NCBI GenBank assembly: GCA_031552535.1
Contig: JAVBMJ010000041.1
Location: 1 to 64,000 of the forward strand
Source: Rikenellaceae bacterium
GTDB taxonomy: Bacteria; Bacteroidota; Bacteroidia; Bacteroidales; Rikenellaceae
DNA length: 64,000 bases
Direction of reading: 5' to 3'
The notes under the pieces are model-generated. The model did not search any database and had not been told where the DNA came from. It saw nothing but the letters and a program-made list of their open reading frames with translations. Below, piece by piece: positions 19,082 through 28,707 of the stretch (position 1 is its first letter; the number at the start of each line of letters is the position of its first letter). The translations under genes and the position numbers were made by a program.

Positions 19082-20097
19082 AACCCCAGGTCTTCGCGGA
19101 TCATGTCGAGTTTGAGCAGCAACTGCGTCATACCCTCCACATCGAGGCGGTTGGTGTTGTGCGAGTGGTAATCCTCGAATGTCTTTACCTTCTCGTTGCC
19201 TTCCACGAAATAGGTGTCGTAGTTCAGGTCGCGCTCGTCGCAGGGTATACGGTAGTAATACCCCTCGTCGCTGGCCTTTGCCATCTCCTCGCGCGTAACC
19301 AACGACTCGTAAAGTTTCTCACCGTGCCGCGTCCCGATGGTGCGCACTGCGGTATCCGTCTTATAAAGCCCTATCAATGCCTTGGCCAGCGTATCCAAAG
19401 TCGCCGCGGGAGCCTTCTGTACGAAAAGGTCGCCGTTGTGCCCGTGCTGGAAAGCGTACATCACCAGATCGACGGCATCGTCGAGGGTCATCATGAAACG
19501 GGTCATGCCGGGATCGGTAACCGTTATATCCTTGCCTGCCTTGATCTGGTCGACCCAGAGCGGAATAACCGAACCGCGGCTGGCCATAACATTGCCGTAA
19601 CGCGTACAGCATATCGTGGTACCTCCATCAAGACCCAACTGGCGGCCGCGGGCTATGGCAACCTTCTCCATCATGGCCTTGCTGATACCCATAGCGTTGA
19701 TCGGATAGCAAGCCTTGTCGGTAGACAACACCACAACGTTCTTAACCCCGTGCTGGATAGCCGACTCCAATACATTCTCCGTCCCCAGGACGTTGGTACG
19801 CACAGCTTGCATCGGGAAGAACTCACACGAAGGCACCTGCTTCAGGGCGGCCGCCTGGAAAACGTAGTCCACATCCTTCATCGCAAAGTCTACGCTACGC
19901 TTATCCCTCACGTCGCCGATGTAGAACTTCACCTTCGGATTCTGCAACTGGTGACGCATGTCGTCCTGTTTCTTTTCGTCGCGGCTAAAAATGCGGATCT
20001 CTTTGATATCCGAATCGAGAAATCTCTTGAGCACCGCGTTGCCGAACGAACCTGTACCACCTGTTATCAACAGGATTTTGTCTTTAAAAACTGACAT
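19078..20097 (-). CDS. fnlA: UDP-N-acetylglucosamine 4,6-dehydratase (inverting) / 5-epimerase (FnlA/CapE/WbjB family)
   Basis: 339 aa. Family-defining N-terminus FKDKILLITGGTGSFGNAVLKRFL...EIRIFSRDEKKQ. Confidence 0.85.
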   Translation of the reverse strand: MSVFKDKILLITGGTGSFGNAVLKRFLDSDIKEIRIFSRDEKKQDDMRHQLQNPKVKFYIGDVRDKRSVDFAMKDVDYVFQAAALKQVPSCEFFPMQAVRTNVLGTENVLESAIQHGVKNVVVLSTDKACYPINAMGISKAMMEKVAIARGRQLGLDGGTTICCTRYGNVMASRGSVIPLWVDQIKAGKDITVTDPGMTRFMMTLDDAVDLVMYAFQHGHNGDLFVQKAPAATLDTLAKALIGLYKTDTAVRTIGTRHGEKLYESLVTREEMAKASDEGYYYRIPCDERDLNYDTYFVEGNEKVKTFEDYHSHNTNRLDVEGMTQLLLKLDMIREDLGL

Positions 20098-20103
20098 GGC
20101 TTA

Positions 20104-21201
20104 TTATGGTTTAATTAATTTGAAAAATTCCATCCATTCACTCCGGGTGCTGACCTCCATCGGCGTGCATTTCGCACCACCCGACTCATAAAGTCCCGTT
20201 ATAGCCTCCGCCCAAGCCCCGGCATCGCGGGCCGACACAAAACCGACACCACCGTAACCATCCAGAACCTCATGGGCAAACCCCTCGTCCGACGCCAATA
20301 CCCGAAGCCCTGCACCGGCGGCTTCGATCAGCGGCATGCCGAAGGTCTCTATGTAGCTCGGGAAAAGCAGGCCCGAAGCGCTCTTGTAATACGACAGCAA
20401 CTCGTCGTAAGGCATGAATTCATGGAATACGAAATTATCTTCAATCCCGTATTTCACGATTTCCCTCACCTCACCGGGAAGCTGCTCTTTCTTTACCGTA
20501 AAATGTATCCTTATACTGCGGGCCACCGCAGGATGTGCATCTTTGATAATGCGCATCGCTTCGACAAGCACCCGGTGATTCTTAAACACGAACGCCGTCG
20601 CAGGGTAGACCAAATGGAACAGCCCGTCGCCGAAATCTTTCTCCGGCACCCCGGCCCAATCCACAGCCTTGACATCGGGTCTTACTATCGCAACCTGCCC
20701 GTCGCCTACCCGGAAACGACGGATAAAAGCGTCTTTCACGGTTCGCGTCTGGACCACCACAGTAGTTAAGGGGGTAATGAACCGGCCCACGAACCAGCCG
20801 AATATATTTTTGTAATAAAACAGTTTAAGCTCATCCTTCTTAAACGGATTCCAGCACGTGCCGTCCAATGTAAGGAACTGGTGAAAATAGACGATCTGCC
20901 TTGCATCACTCCTCGTCCCGAGGTTGAACATCGATATCACGACGTCGGGCGTCATACCGCTCTCCTCCATCCAACGCTTGTCGATGCCCACGAACATGCG
21001 CTTCAATAACGCGGCCTTGCCCCTAAGGTCACGGTGCACGAAGCGGACATTATCCACCGGCGCATGACGATACTCCTCCGGCACGAATATAACATACTCG
21101 TGCTCCCGTCCGTAGCGGGAGATATTGTCAACAAACTGGTTCAAAATGGTCAACGCCCCGCTTACACGGCACGCCGACGCATCGACGATAACTTTCGACA
21201 T
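20104..21201 (-). CDS. Glycosyltransferase family 4
   Basis: 365 aa. GT-B fold features and C-terminal E-x7-E region (EAAGAGLRVLASDEGFAHEV). Confidence 0.7.
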   Translation of the reverse strand: MSKVIVDASACRVSGALTILNQFVDNISRYGREHEYVIFVPEEYRHAPVDNVRFVHRDLRGKAALLKRMFVGIDKRWMEESGMTPDVVISMFNLGTRSDARQIVYFHQFLTLDGTCWNPFKKDELKLFYYKNIFGWFVGRFITPLTTVVVQTRTVKDAFIRRFRVGDGQVAIVRPDVKAVDWAGVPEKDFGDGLFHLVYPATAFVFKNHRVLVEAMRIIKDAHPAVARSIRIHFTVKKEQLPGEVREIVKYGIEDNFVFHEFMPYDELLSYYKSASGLLFPSYIETFGMPLIEAAGAGLRVLASDEGFAHEVLDGYGGVGFVSARDAGAWAEAITGLYESGGAKCTPMEVSTRSEWMEFFKLIKP

Positions 21202-21207
21202 CGGCAG

Positions 21208-22476
21208 TTATTTTATTTCCCGCATATTATTACGTGCTGCATATTCATTTTTCAAAAGCGCCGCTAAGATCAGAAGCAACAGCACCAGGGTATCGTTATA
21301 GGCTTGCGACATCAAATTTATCAAAATAATCGCCAATATCAATACCTTTCCCAAAAGATAATTGTTGCGCATCAGCCTGAATAGAAAAAACAGGAACAGC
21401 ACTAACCCTATAATTCCACCGAATACCAGGCACTCCTGCATGCCGTTGAGGTACATCATGTTATCCAAATTGTAATATGCCATCTGAGCATATTCCGACA
21501 CATCATGCGTCTTTAAATATGATTCGAGGTTGCCTTGCCCGATGCCTATCACCTGCTCCACGGGGGTCAACTCGGAATAGAGCACATAGCCGCGATACAT
21601 CCTTATAAAGCCCGAGGTGTTGAACTCCCCTTCGGCCGACAGTTCGGACGAACGCGACAATACCGCAGTGGTCACCTGGTTTTCGGATGAATAACGCCCG
21701 CTCTGTAAAACAATAAAACCGGCAAGCACCACCAGTGCCGTCAGGCTGGCCTGTATGATGTAGCGGCCCCGCTTTATACATATAAAAATCCAGACGATCC
21801 AAAGCAGACCCAACAACAGGTAGCCATTGCCCGAACGTGACAACAGGATAATAGCAGAATAAAAGATCACAGGTATATCCACAAAACCCTTTCGGTCAAC
21901 GAACAGCTTAATACACAGATAACTCGCAACATAACGGGCAAAGTGGGAGGGCTCAAGAAAAACGGATGTAGAGCGGTCTATACTGCTTTGAATATCTATA
22001 TACGACCCTATCGATTCGCCGCTGGCCATTGGCAACCACGGGATTATGCCCAAAAGCCGGTAACCGGTGGTGAAAAAGAGCGCTTCCTGCACCAAAAACA
22101 GGATCGAACATGCCAGTGTAACCCGGCCGAATACCTTTATCAGATACTTCTGGTCTATATACCTCAGTCCGTATCCCAATGTCAACGCAAAGAACAGGGT
22201 GCTGATAGATTTATAGATAATATCCCCTAACGATGCGGTCCCTGCCAGCATCGAATACATCTGGGGAATCAGCATAATGTAAAGGAAATAGGTTAAATAA
22301 CCCTTGGGATAAACAGGATTGGTAAAATACCTTAATAAAAATCCCAGTCCGATGACCAATACGATCAGGACTTTACTGATCGACAGGCCGGGAATGCCCA
22401 CCCCATAAATATTGAGTATAGGCATTAATACGACCAGAACCGCCAGTATTTTATTATATGCCAAATTGCTTTGCAT
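21208..22476 (-). CDS. O-antigen/capsule repeat-unit polymerase (Wzy-like, O-antigen ligase family)
   Basis: 422 aa, ~10-12 predicted TM helices with a large periplasmic loop. Adjacent to wzx. Confidence 0.65.
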   Translation of the reverse strand: MQSNLAYNKILAVLVVLMPILNIYGVGIPGLSISKVLIVLVIGLGFLLRYFTNPVYPKGYLTYFLYIMLIPQMYSMLAGTASLGDIIYKSISTLFFALTLGYGLRYIDQKYLIKVFGRVTLACSILFLVQEALFFTTGYRLLGIIPWLPMASGESIGSYIDIQSSIDRSTSVFLEPSHFARYVASYLCIKLFVDRKGFVDIPVIFYSAIILLSRSGNGYLLLGLLWIVWIFICIKRGRYIIQASLTALVVLAGFIVLQSGRYSSENQVTTAVLSRSSELSAEGEFNTSGFIRMYRGYVLYSELTPVEQVIGIGQGNLESYLKTHDVSEYAQMAYYNLDNMMYLNGMQECLVFGGIIGLVLFLFFLFRLMRNNYLLGKVLILAIILINLMSQAYNDTLVLLLLILAALLKNEYAARNNMREIK

Positions 22477-22583
22477 CTATATCCGTTTAATTTGTAGTAT
22501 AAAATTAAAAATTATGATCCCGGGTATGGCAAAACGCCTTTGTCGGAATCCCCGGTCCGGAACCTGTCCTCCGGCACCCCGCT

Positions 22584-24002
22584 TTATCTTCTGTCTCTGA
22601 TCAATGTCATGGCGGTATCTATTATATTGCGGCGTTCGATGTAAAAATAGGCCGCAGTCATAACGACCATGATACCCATAGCCTGGTAGAACCCACAGAA
22701 TGCGGTCGATAAAATAAATATCGCCAGGCCGACAGTTTCGAATATTATATTACGGTCGAAGGATTTGCCGAATTTACGCAACAAATATATCTCCGACAGA
22801 TAGCATCTTACGTACATCGCAATGAATGTGCACAACGCGATGACCCATATCTGGCGTGTGAACATGAAAGCCGGAATGACAAGAATCACAAACAGTCCCA
22901 GGCACTCCATATTGGTACGCAACAGCAGCCCTTCCTCGCGAGTGGCTTTATAGAAAGTCCCGTTCAGGATGTTCATCTTGCACTGCAGGTAAACTATCCC
23001 GAACAACAGGTTGAGATACGACAATACGGCTATATATTTGGGGTAAAAAACAGCGACCAGGATATAGGCGGGGAAGTACACCAGAAGGATAAGCAGTCCG
23101 AACGAGCGGGTAAAGGTGTTTATCTTATCGAAATAAGACCCATAATTTTCCTCGGGGAGCCGCTTGATTATGGGATAAAGCACCAGGCTGAACGCAGATA
23201 TAGCCATAAGGACTATGCTAGTGACGGTTATCCCGAACGAATATACGGCAAAATCCTTGATGTCGCACCAGAACTGGGTGATAAAACGGCCCGCAGCGAT
23301 CAGAAGTACACCCATCTGACTGGCAATCGTCAACTTTATTCCGCTGAATATATTCTCTTTATACTCCTTGACAACTTCGCCTTTGTCCGCCTCGGCTCTG
23401 CCTACCCACAGCTCTTTGGTGTGGAACATCATCATCGCAAGTATCCCCACGCGTGTGACTACATCGACCGCCACTATAATCCTGAAGTTCTTAGTACCAA
23501 TAACAACCATTGCCAGAATAGCCGCCAAAACCACCGCCTTATCCACGACAGAATAGAAACTGTAGCGTTTCATCTGGTTGGTGATCTGCAATACCCTTAC
23601 CAATAACCCGTAAAGCCCCATCAGCAAGATATTGAGCGAAGCGAAGATCATCGCAAAACGTGCCGCCGGGTCAGGAATGAACAAAGCCACTGCAACCATT
23701 GCGACGAGAGTCATACCCAGGAGCTGCCACATGTAGTATCTCGACGCGGGCCGCAATACCTTCATCGGCAACCTATGGTAATCATACTGGCCGTAACGCA
23801 GGAAAATACCCTCCTCGTACCCCAGGGTGAAAAGGGCATACACCGTAAAGTAAAAGAGATATACCGACAGGTAACCGTATGACTCCACAGACAGGAACGC
23901 CGGCAGAACCAATGACCTGACCACCCCGATAGCCATAACGACTATCTGGGCACCCAGGACATACGAAACACTCGTAAGGATATGTCGCCGCGTACTCTGC
24001 AT
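22584..24002 (-). CDS. wzx: Oligosaccharide flippase (Wzx, MOP superfamily)
   Basis: 472 aa, ~12-14 TM polytopic membrane protein with a Wzx-like N-terminus. Confidence 0.75.
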   Translation of the reverse strand: MQSTRRHILTSVSYVLGAQIVVMAIGVVRSLVLPAFLSVESYGYLSVYLFYFTVYALFTLGYEEGIFLRYGQYDYHRLPMKVLRPASRYYMWQLLGMTLVAMVAVALFIPDPAARFAMIFASLNILLMGLYGLLVRVLQITNQMKRYSFYSVVDKAVVLAAILAMVVIGTKNFRIIVAVDVVTRVGILAMMMFHTKELWVGRAEADKGEVVKEYKENIFSGIKLTIASQMGVLLIAAGRFITQFWCDIKDFAVYSFGITVTSIVLMAISAFSLVLYPIIKRLPEENYGSYFDKINTFTRSFGLLILLVYFPAYILVAVFYPKYIAVLSYLNLLFGIVYLQCKMNILNGTFYKATREEGLLLRTNMECLGLFVILVIPAFMFTRQIWVIALCTFIAMYVRCYLSEIYLLRKFGKSFDRNIIFETVGLAIFILSTAFCGFYQAMGIMVVMTAAYFYIERRNIIDTAMTLIRDRR

Positions 24003-24003
24003 C

Positions 24004-24795
24004 CTATTTCCGGTAAGCCTTGAACATATGATGCGACGTGCGCTTGTCTTCGGGAGGCAGTTGCATGTAATTTCCGTACAACTTTGTCAGAAGCAGGTCG
24101 TATTGCTTAGGAATATAGAAATCGGAATCCTCGAAAGGAGCCCTCACCACCTCGCCGATAGCATCGACCGGGAAACGGCGCTCTTTCTTGGCAAACGACA
24201 GATCCATCGCATACCTCGTTCCCGCCGCATCGTATTTCTGGCTCCATGCAATGTAGCGGCCCACTATCGAGCTGTTGCACACCGGTGAAAGGAGCAACTT
24301 GCCCACCATGAGGGCTGCGTTGCGCACCAGGCTGCGCTCACGGCTCAACTGCACTATCTTGAAATCCAGCATCCGCTTGTAGCGCTCGATCCTGGCGACA
24401 AAACGGTCCGACTCCGCCTCGTCTCCGGGCAGGGCGTCGATGGGAAAAATATCTATGTTGACTCCTATATCGAACTTTATCGAGGAGGCTTCTATCAAAA
24501 CCGTCTCCCGGTCGTACACCTTTGCGAAGGTCAACGGAAAACGGCGGTCTTTCTGGTAAGCCGCCACAGCGTAACGGCCATCGTCGAACGTCGCCAGGAA
24601 TTTCGCGTAATCCGCCCGCGGCATGGCAATATCGATATCGTCGTCCCAGGGGATGTACCCTTTATGCCTTATGGCCCCCAGCAAGGTGCCGTAATATAAA
24701 AAATAGCGGATCGAATTGGCTTCACAAAACTCATCCACAGCCTTCAGTATGTCTATCTGCAGAGCCTTGACATCATTTACCGTTAACTCATTCAT
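24004..24795 (-). CDS. LicD-family phospho-headgroup transferase
   Basis: LicD blocks [14 protein letters not shown] and [10 protein letters not shown]. The start is set at MNELTV; the ORF is open to 24873. Confidence 0.8.
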   Translation of the reverse strand: MNELTVNDVKALQIDILKAVDEFCEANSIRYFLYYGTLLGAIRHKGYIPWDDDIDIAMPRADYAKFLATFDDGRYAVAAYQKDRRFPLTFAKVYDRETVLIEASSIKFDIGVNIDIFPIDALPGDEAESDRFVARIERYKRMLDFKIVQLSRERSLVRNAALMVGKLLLSPVCNSSIVGRYIAWSQKYDAAGTRYAMDLSFAKKERRFPVDAIGEVVRAPFEDSDFYIPKQYDLLLTKLYGNYMQLPPEDKRTSHHMFKAYRK

Positions 24796-24878
24796 CGCAT
24801 ATTTTTTATCGTTACATTTTTTCTTTTCACTTTCGCTGCTCCTTTCTCCATTGCCTCCTGCGGCCGCAGGCACCTGAT

Positions 24879-25997
24879 TCAGCCTACCCTGAATATCTCC
24901 TTAGGTATATGCGACTCCACGGCGGCGGGATTGTTCTGCATACGCTGCAGGTTGACCGACGAGAGAATACTGCTCCAGGTGGCCTCGTCGAGTTTCGACC
25001 ATATATCCGTTTTACCGAACACCGACTCGAAAAACGCCGTCAACTCATGTGGAGTCTCTGCCGCGCAGCAACCGATGATAGTCGCTATTTCCGCTAACCG
25101 TTCCCGCACAAAATCTGCACCGCGCGGATCGTTGCACGTATCGGGCGTAACGGCGAGGTTGAGTTCAAAAAAATAAGGCAGCGTAAGCGACACCGCGTGT
25201 CCGTGCGGGATTCCCAGATATGAGGTAAACCCGTAGGAGTAGGCGTGGGCCGCGGTAGTGAAACTTATGTTTATCGCTTTGCCCGCAAGGTTGGCCGCAT
25301 ACGCCATATGATCCCTCGCCTCAGCCACTCCTGCTATGGCGTCAGGCAAATGACGCCATAGAATGTCTATAGCCTCACGGGCGTAACCACGCGACTCTTC
25401 GGTCGACTTCACGCTCCAGTACGACTCTATGGCCTGGCACAGCGCATCGGCGCCGGTCGAGGCTGTGAGATAACGCGGGCACCCGTAGGTGAGCGACGGG
25501 ATCAGCCAGACATAATCCGGAAGTACGTTCCCGTCGGCGACCGAATATTTCACCTTATCGATGTATACTACTGCGAAATGGGTCGATTCGCTCCCCGTAC
25601 CCGACGTGGTGGGAATCGCCAGCATGGGGATCAACTTCCCCGCTGCGATACGGTTGCATTTGATAGCTTCTGAAATATCGCCCTCGTAGCCGGCATAACT
25701 ACGTATCAATTTGGCCATGTCGATCACGCTGCCGCCGCCTACCGCCACTATCAAATCTATCCCGTTTTCCCGACACAACGCCACCCCCTTGTACAGATCT
25801 TCCAGTTTGGGATTGACGTCGAAGCCGGTAAAGTAGTGCGGCGAAGCCCCCTGTAGCAACGGCTCGACAAACTCTTTCGCACCTGAGGATGCATAAAAAG
25901 TCATATCGGTGACCACCAGTACATTCGCCGGAGACAAGGCTCCAATCTCCGCAGCAACCGAAGCGGCATCGTTTTTCAGATATATTTTTTGCTCCAT
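24879..25997 (-). CDS. Iron-containing (group III) alcohol dehydrogenase; predicted phosphonoacetaldehyde reductase (FomC/PhpC-like)
   Basis: 372 aa. [10 protein letters not shown] nucleotide-binding motif and His-rich metal site. Sits directly between the Ppd and LicD genes. Confidence 0.7.
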   Translation of the reverse strand: MEQKIYLKNDAASVAAEIGALSPANVLVVTDMTFYASSGAKEFVEPLLQGASPHYFTGFDVNPKLEDLYKGVALCRENGIDLIVAVGGGSVIDMAKLIRSYAGYEGDISEAIKCNRIAAGKLIPMLAIPTTSGTGSESTHFAVVYIDKVKYSVADGNVLPDYVWLIPSLTYGCPRYLTASTGADALCQAIESYWSVKSTEESRGYAREAIDILWRHLPDAIAGVAEARDHMAYAANLAGKAINISFTTAAHAYSYGFTSYLGIPHGHAVSLTLPYFFELNLAVTPDTCNDPRGADFVRERLAEIATIIGCCAAETPHELTAFFESVFGKTDIWSKLDEATWSSILSSVNLQRMQNNPAAVESHIPKEIFRVG

Positions 25998-26120
25998 ACA
26001 GCACTCTCATAAAATGCACAATTCCCGACATGGCCGGGAGAATTGCGCTTAACACATTGACGGACACAGCCACAATTCCGGATAACTTCCAAAAAGGCTC
26101 CGGGGGATACAACAGTGTAT

Positions 26121-27263
26121 CTATTTACCCCCGGCCTGGCTGAGGAACTCCATCAGGCTCGCCTTATTCTCGACGGGTGTACTCTTCGGCCTTCCGAGAT
26201 CTTTGCGGGCACCTTTCTTAACACGTATTTCAAGCAGGGCAGGTCCTTCGGGCGCATTGCCATGCCCCTCAAAGAATTTCCTGATCTCCTCCACGCTACC
26301 GGCAACTGCAGCAGTGCGGTAACCCAACGCACGGGACAACGATATTATATCCACCCCTCCGGCAACCGTCGGCTGACCGCCCACAGAGTCGTGGGCACTG
26401 TTGTTGAATATGACATGCAGGTAATTCGACGGGTTGAGATTACCGACCGTCGCCATACCTCCCATCTGCATCAGCATGGCCCCGTCGCCGTCGAAGCAAT
26501 ACACCATGCGGTCGGGCTTGTTCAGGGCTATGCCCAACGCTATCTGCGAGGCATGCCCCATGGAACCTACCGTGAGAAAATCCCTCGAATGGTCCTGGCC
26601 TTTCTTCTCGCGCAATTCGTACAACTCCCGCGAAAGCATCCCCGTGGTAGAAACGATGACTCCGCGCTGATCGGTATGTGTCAGCACCTCCTCAAGGGCG
26701 TCCTCGCGCGAAAGCGGCGACAGCTCCTCAGGCTTATTGCAAAGTGTATAAGGAGCGAAAGTCTCCTTTTGTATCACCAAAGCAAAGGGAGCACTTTGTG
26801 TTTTTAAATATCCGAACGCCTTTTCGAGCTGTGCGGCCGCCTCCTGTTCCTCTTTCGACAACACCAGCGACGGGATATTCATCGCATCGAGCATCGGAAT
26901 GGTGACTTCGCCCTGCGACACATGCTGAGGTTCGTCCTTCACTCCCGGCTCGCCCCGCCAACCGATCAGCAAAAGCGTCGGAACGGAATAGACCTTACGG
27001 TCGACAAGCGACAACAGCGGGTTGGTGGCGTTGCCCAGACCCGAATTCTGCATGTAAACCACCGGGATATCCCCCGTGGCCAGGTGAAATCCGCAGGCAA
27101 GCCCAACGGCGGCACCTTCGTTGGCCGCGATTATATGACGGCCCTGCGGGGCGTTGTCGGTTATATAAGCACAGAAATCCTTGAGCAGCGAATCGGGCAC
27201 ACCTGCATAAAACAAAGCCCCCGAACTTGTCAACCGGTCATAAAAAAACTTGGTATCGAGCAT
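26121..27263 (-). CDS. Phosphonopyruvate decarboxylase (TPP-dependent)
   Basis: 380 aa. TPP motif GDGAMLMQMGG...NN, Ppd-like N-terminus, adjacent to PEP mutase. Confidence 0.85.
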   Translation of the reverse strand: MLDTKFFYDRLTSSGALFYAGVPDSLLKDFCAYITDNAPQGRHIIAANEGAAVGLACGFHLATGDIPVVYMQNSGLGNATNPLLSLVDRKVYSVPTLLLIGWRGEPGVKDEPQHVSQGEVTIPMLDAMNIPSLVLSKEEQEAAAQLEKAFGYLKTQSAPFALVIQKETFAPYTLCNKPEELSPLSREDALEEVLTHTDQRGVIVSTTGMLSRELYELREKKGQDHSRDFLTVGSMGHASQIALGIALNKPDRMVYCFDGDGAMLMQMGGMATVGNLNPSNYLHVIFNNSAHDSVGGQPTVAGGVDIISLSRALGYRTAAVAGSVEEIRKFFEGHGNAPEGPALLEIRVKKGARKDLGRPKSTPVENKASLMEFLSQAGGK

Positions 27264-27387
27264 AAATCATATGTTGTAGAACAGTTATCGAATCAAAAAC
27301 GTTGCACGCCGACCGTGCGACAACCGGGATCTCACAAAGGTATCTCTCGACCCGCAGAGCAGTGAAGGCCTCCCCCCGAAACATTGG

Positions 27388-28695
27388 TTATTTCGTACCC
27401 GGGATAAGTTCCAGTATCTCCTTGATGGGCATGCAGTACTCTTTCGAGGCCTCGTAGCAACGGTTGTTGACCAGGATCGACTTTGCGGCGTTCAACATGG
27501 CGGGATAAGCGCTGCGTAGCATGTGGTTGGCATAAATAACTATGTTTACCCCCCATTTTTCGAACTCTTCCTCCGTTATGTGGTTGAAGGTCGAAGGCAC
27601 GACAACTATCGGCGTATACTGGTCTTTGGCCCTGAATCCCTCGCAGAATTGCTTGATGTCCTCACCCGTTTTTTCCTTGCTGTGGATCATGATGCCATCG
27701 GCGCCGGCGGCGACGAACGCAAAAGCCCTCTCCAGGGCATCTTCCACGCTCTGGCCGCAAATGAGACTCTCTATGCGGGCTATTATCATGAAGTCGTCGG
27801 TGATCTGCGCCTTCTTGCCGGCCTTGATCTTCTCGCAGAACTCCTCTATCGTGGCCTGCTCCTGCGCAACCTCGGTGCCGAAAAGCGAATTTTTCTTCAA
27901 CCCCACCTTGTCTTCTATGATAACGGCCGAAACACCCAGGCGCTCCAGCGTGCGCACCGTAAATACGAAGTGCTCGATCTTGCCGCCAGTGTCGCCGTCG
28001 AAGATGATCGGCTTGGTGGTACACTCCAGCGAATCGTTCAAAGAGTGGAGGCGCGTGGTAAGGTCCACCGCCTCGATATCGGGCTTGCCTTTCGATGTCG
28101 AATCGGTGAGACTGCTCGACCACATTCCGTCGAACTCCTTCTTCTGACCGTTGACCTCGACCGACGTGTTCTCAATGATCAGTCCCGTAAGGCCGCTGTG
28201 CGACTCCAGTATACGCACTATCGGCTTGGCACCGATAAGGCGGCGTAGCCTCTTCATCCTGATCTCGGGAGTGGTCCCGATCTCCTTCAACTGCTGGTTG
28301 AGCATCGAGGAAGATATGCCTTTAGTATAGGGCACATCTATCACCTTGCCGCCCCATTCGGCCAACGTGTCGATGACCTGCTGCCTTACGTTCTTCTGGA
28401 CACCCTCTTTCCAGTCATCGCCGTGCACCACGAAATCGGGCTTCAACAACAACAGGTTGGGCCTGTAATCCAGAGTATCCTGGGGAACGACATTATCAAC
28501 ACCCTTGAGGTTTTCGACGATCAGTTTGCGTTGGTCGAACGAGAGGAATGGCAGGCGCTTGTAGCTTGCAATGGCTTTGTCCGTCAGAACACCCACCGTA
28601 ACTTTACCGTATTTGGCAGCCTCCTTTATGATATTTAGGTGACCGGGATGGATCAGGTCGGCACTCATTCCGACGTATACCGTGTTTTCTTTCAT
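27388..28695 (-). CDS. Bifunctional cytidylyltransferase-phosphoenolpyruvate mutase (Fom1-like CyTase-Ppm fusion)
   Basis: 435 aa. The N-terminal ~130 aa carry an HxGH nucleotidyltransferase motif ([11 protein letters not shown]). The remainder is the ICL/PEP-mutase fold with the catalytic region IIARIES and the EDK-type motif. Confidence 0.85.
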   Translation of the reverse strand: MKENTVYVGMSADLIHPGHLNIIKEAAKYGKVTVGVLTDKAIASYKRLPFLSFDQRKLIVENLKGVDNVVPQDTLDYRPNLLLLKPDFVVHGDDWKEGVQKNVRQQVIDTLAEWGGKVIDVPYTKGISSSMLNQQLKEIGTTPEIRMKRLRRLIGAKPIVRILESHSGLTGLIIENTSVEVNGQKKEFDGMWSSSLTDSTSKGKPDIEAVDLTTRLHSLNDSLECTTKPIIFDGDTGGKIEHFVFTVRTLERLGVSAVIIEDKVGLKKNSLFGTEVAQEQATIEEFCEKIKAGKKAQITDDFMIIARIESLICGQSVEDALERAFAFVAAGADGIMIHSKEKTGEDIKQFCEGFRAKDQYTPIVVVPSTFNHITEEEFEKWGVNIVIYANHMLRSAYPAMLNAAKSILVNNRCYEASKEYCMPIKEILELIPGTK

Positions 28696-28707
28696 TTGTA
28701 TATGGTT

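Noticed and set aside
24879-28695. Fosfomycin or other small-molecule phosphonate antibiotic cluster
   Set aside because: Only the early steps (Fom1-like, Ppd, FomC-like) are present. There is no radical-SAM methyltransferase (Fom3), Fom4 epoxidase, FomD or resistance gene. The cassette is embedded between LicD, Wzx/Wzy and WecA, which indicates a glycan decoration rather than a small-molecule antibiotic.
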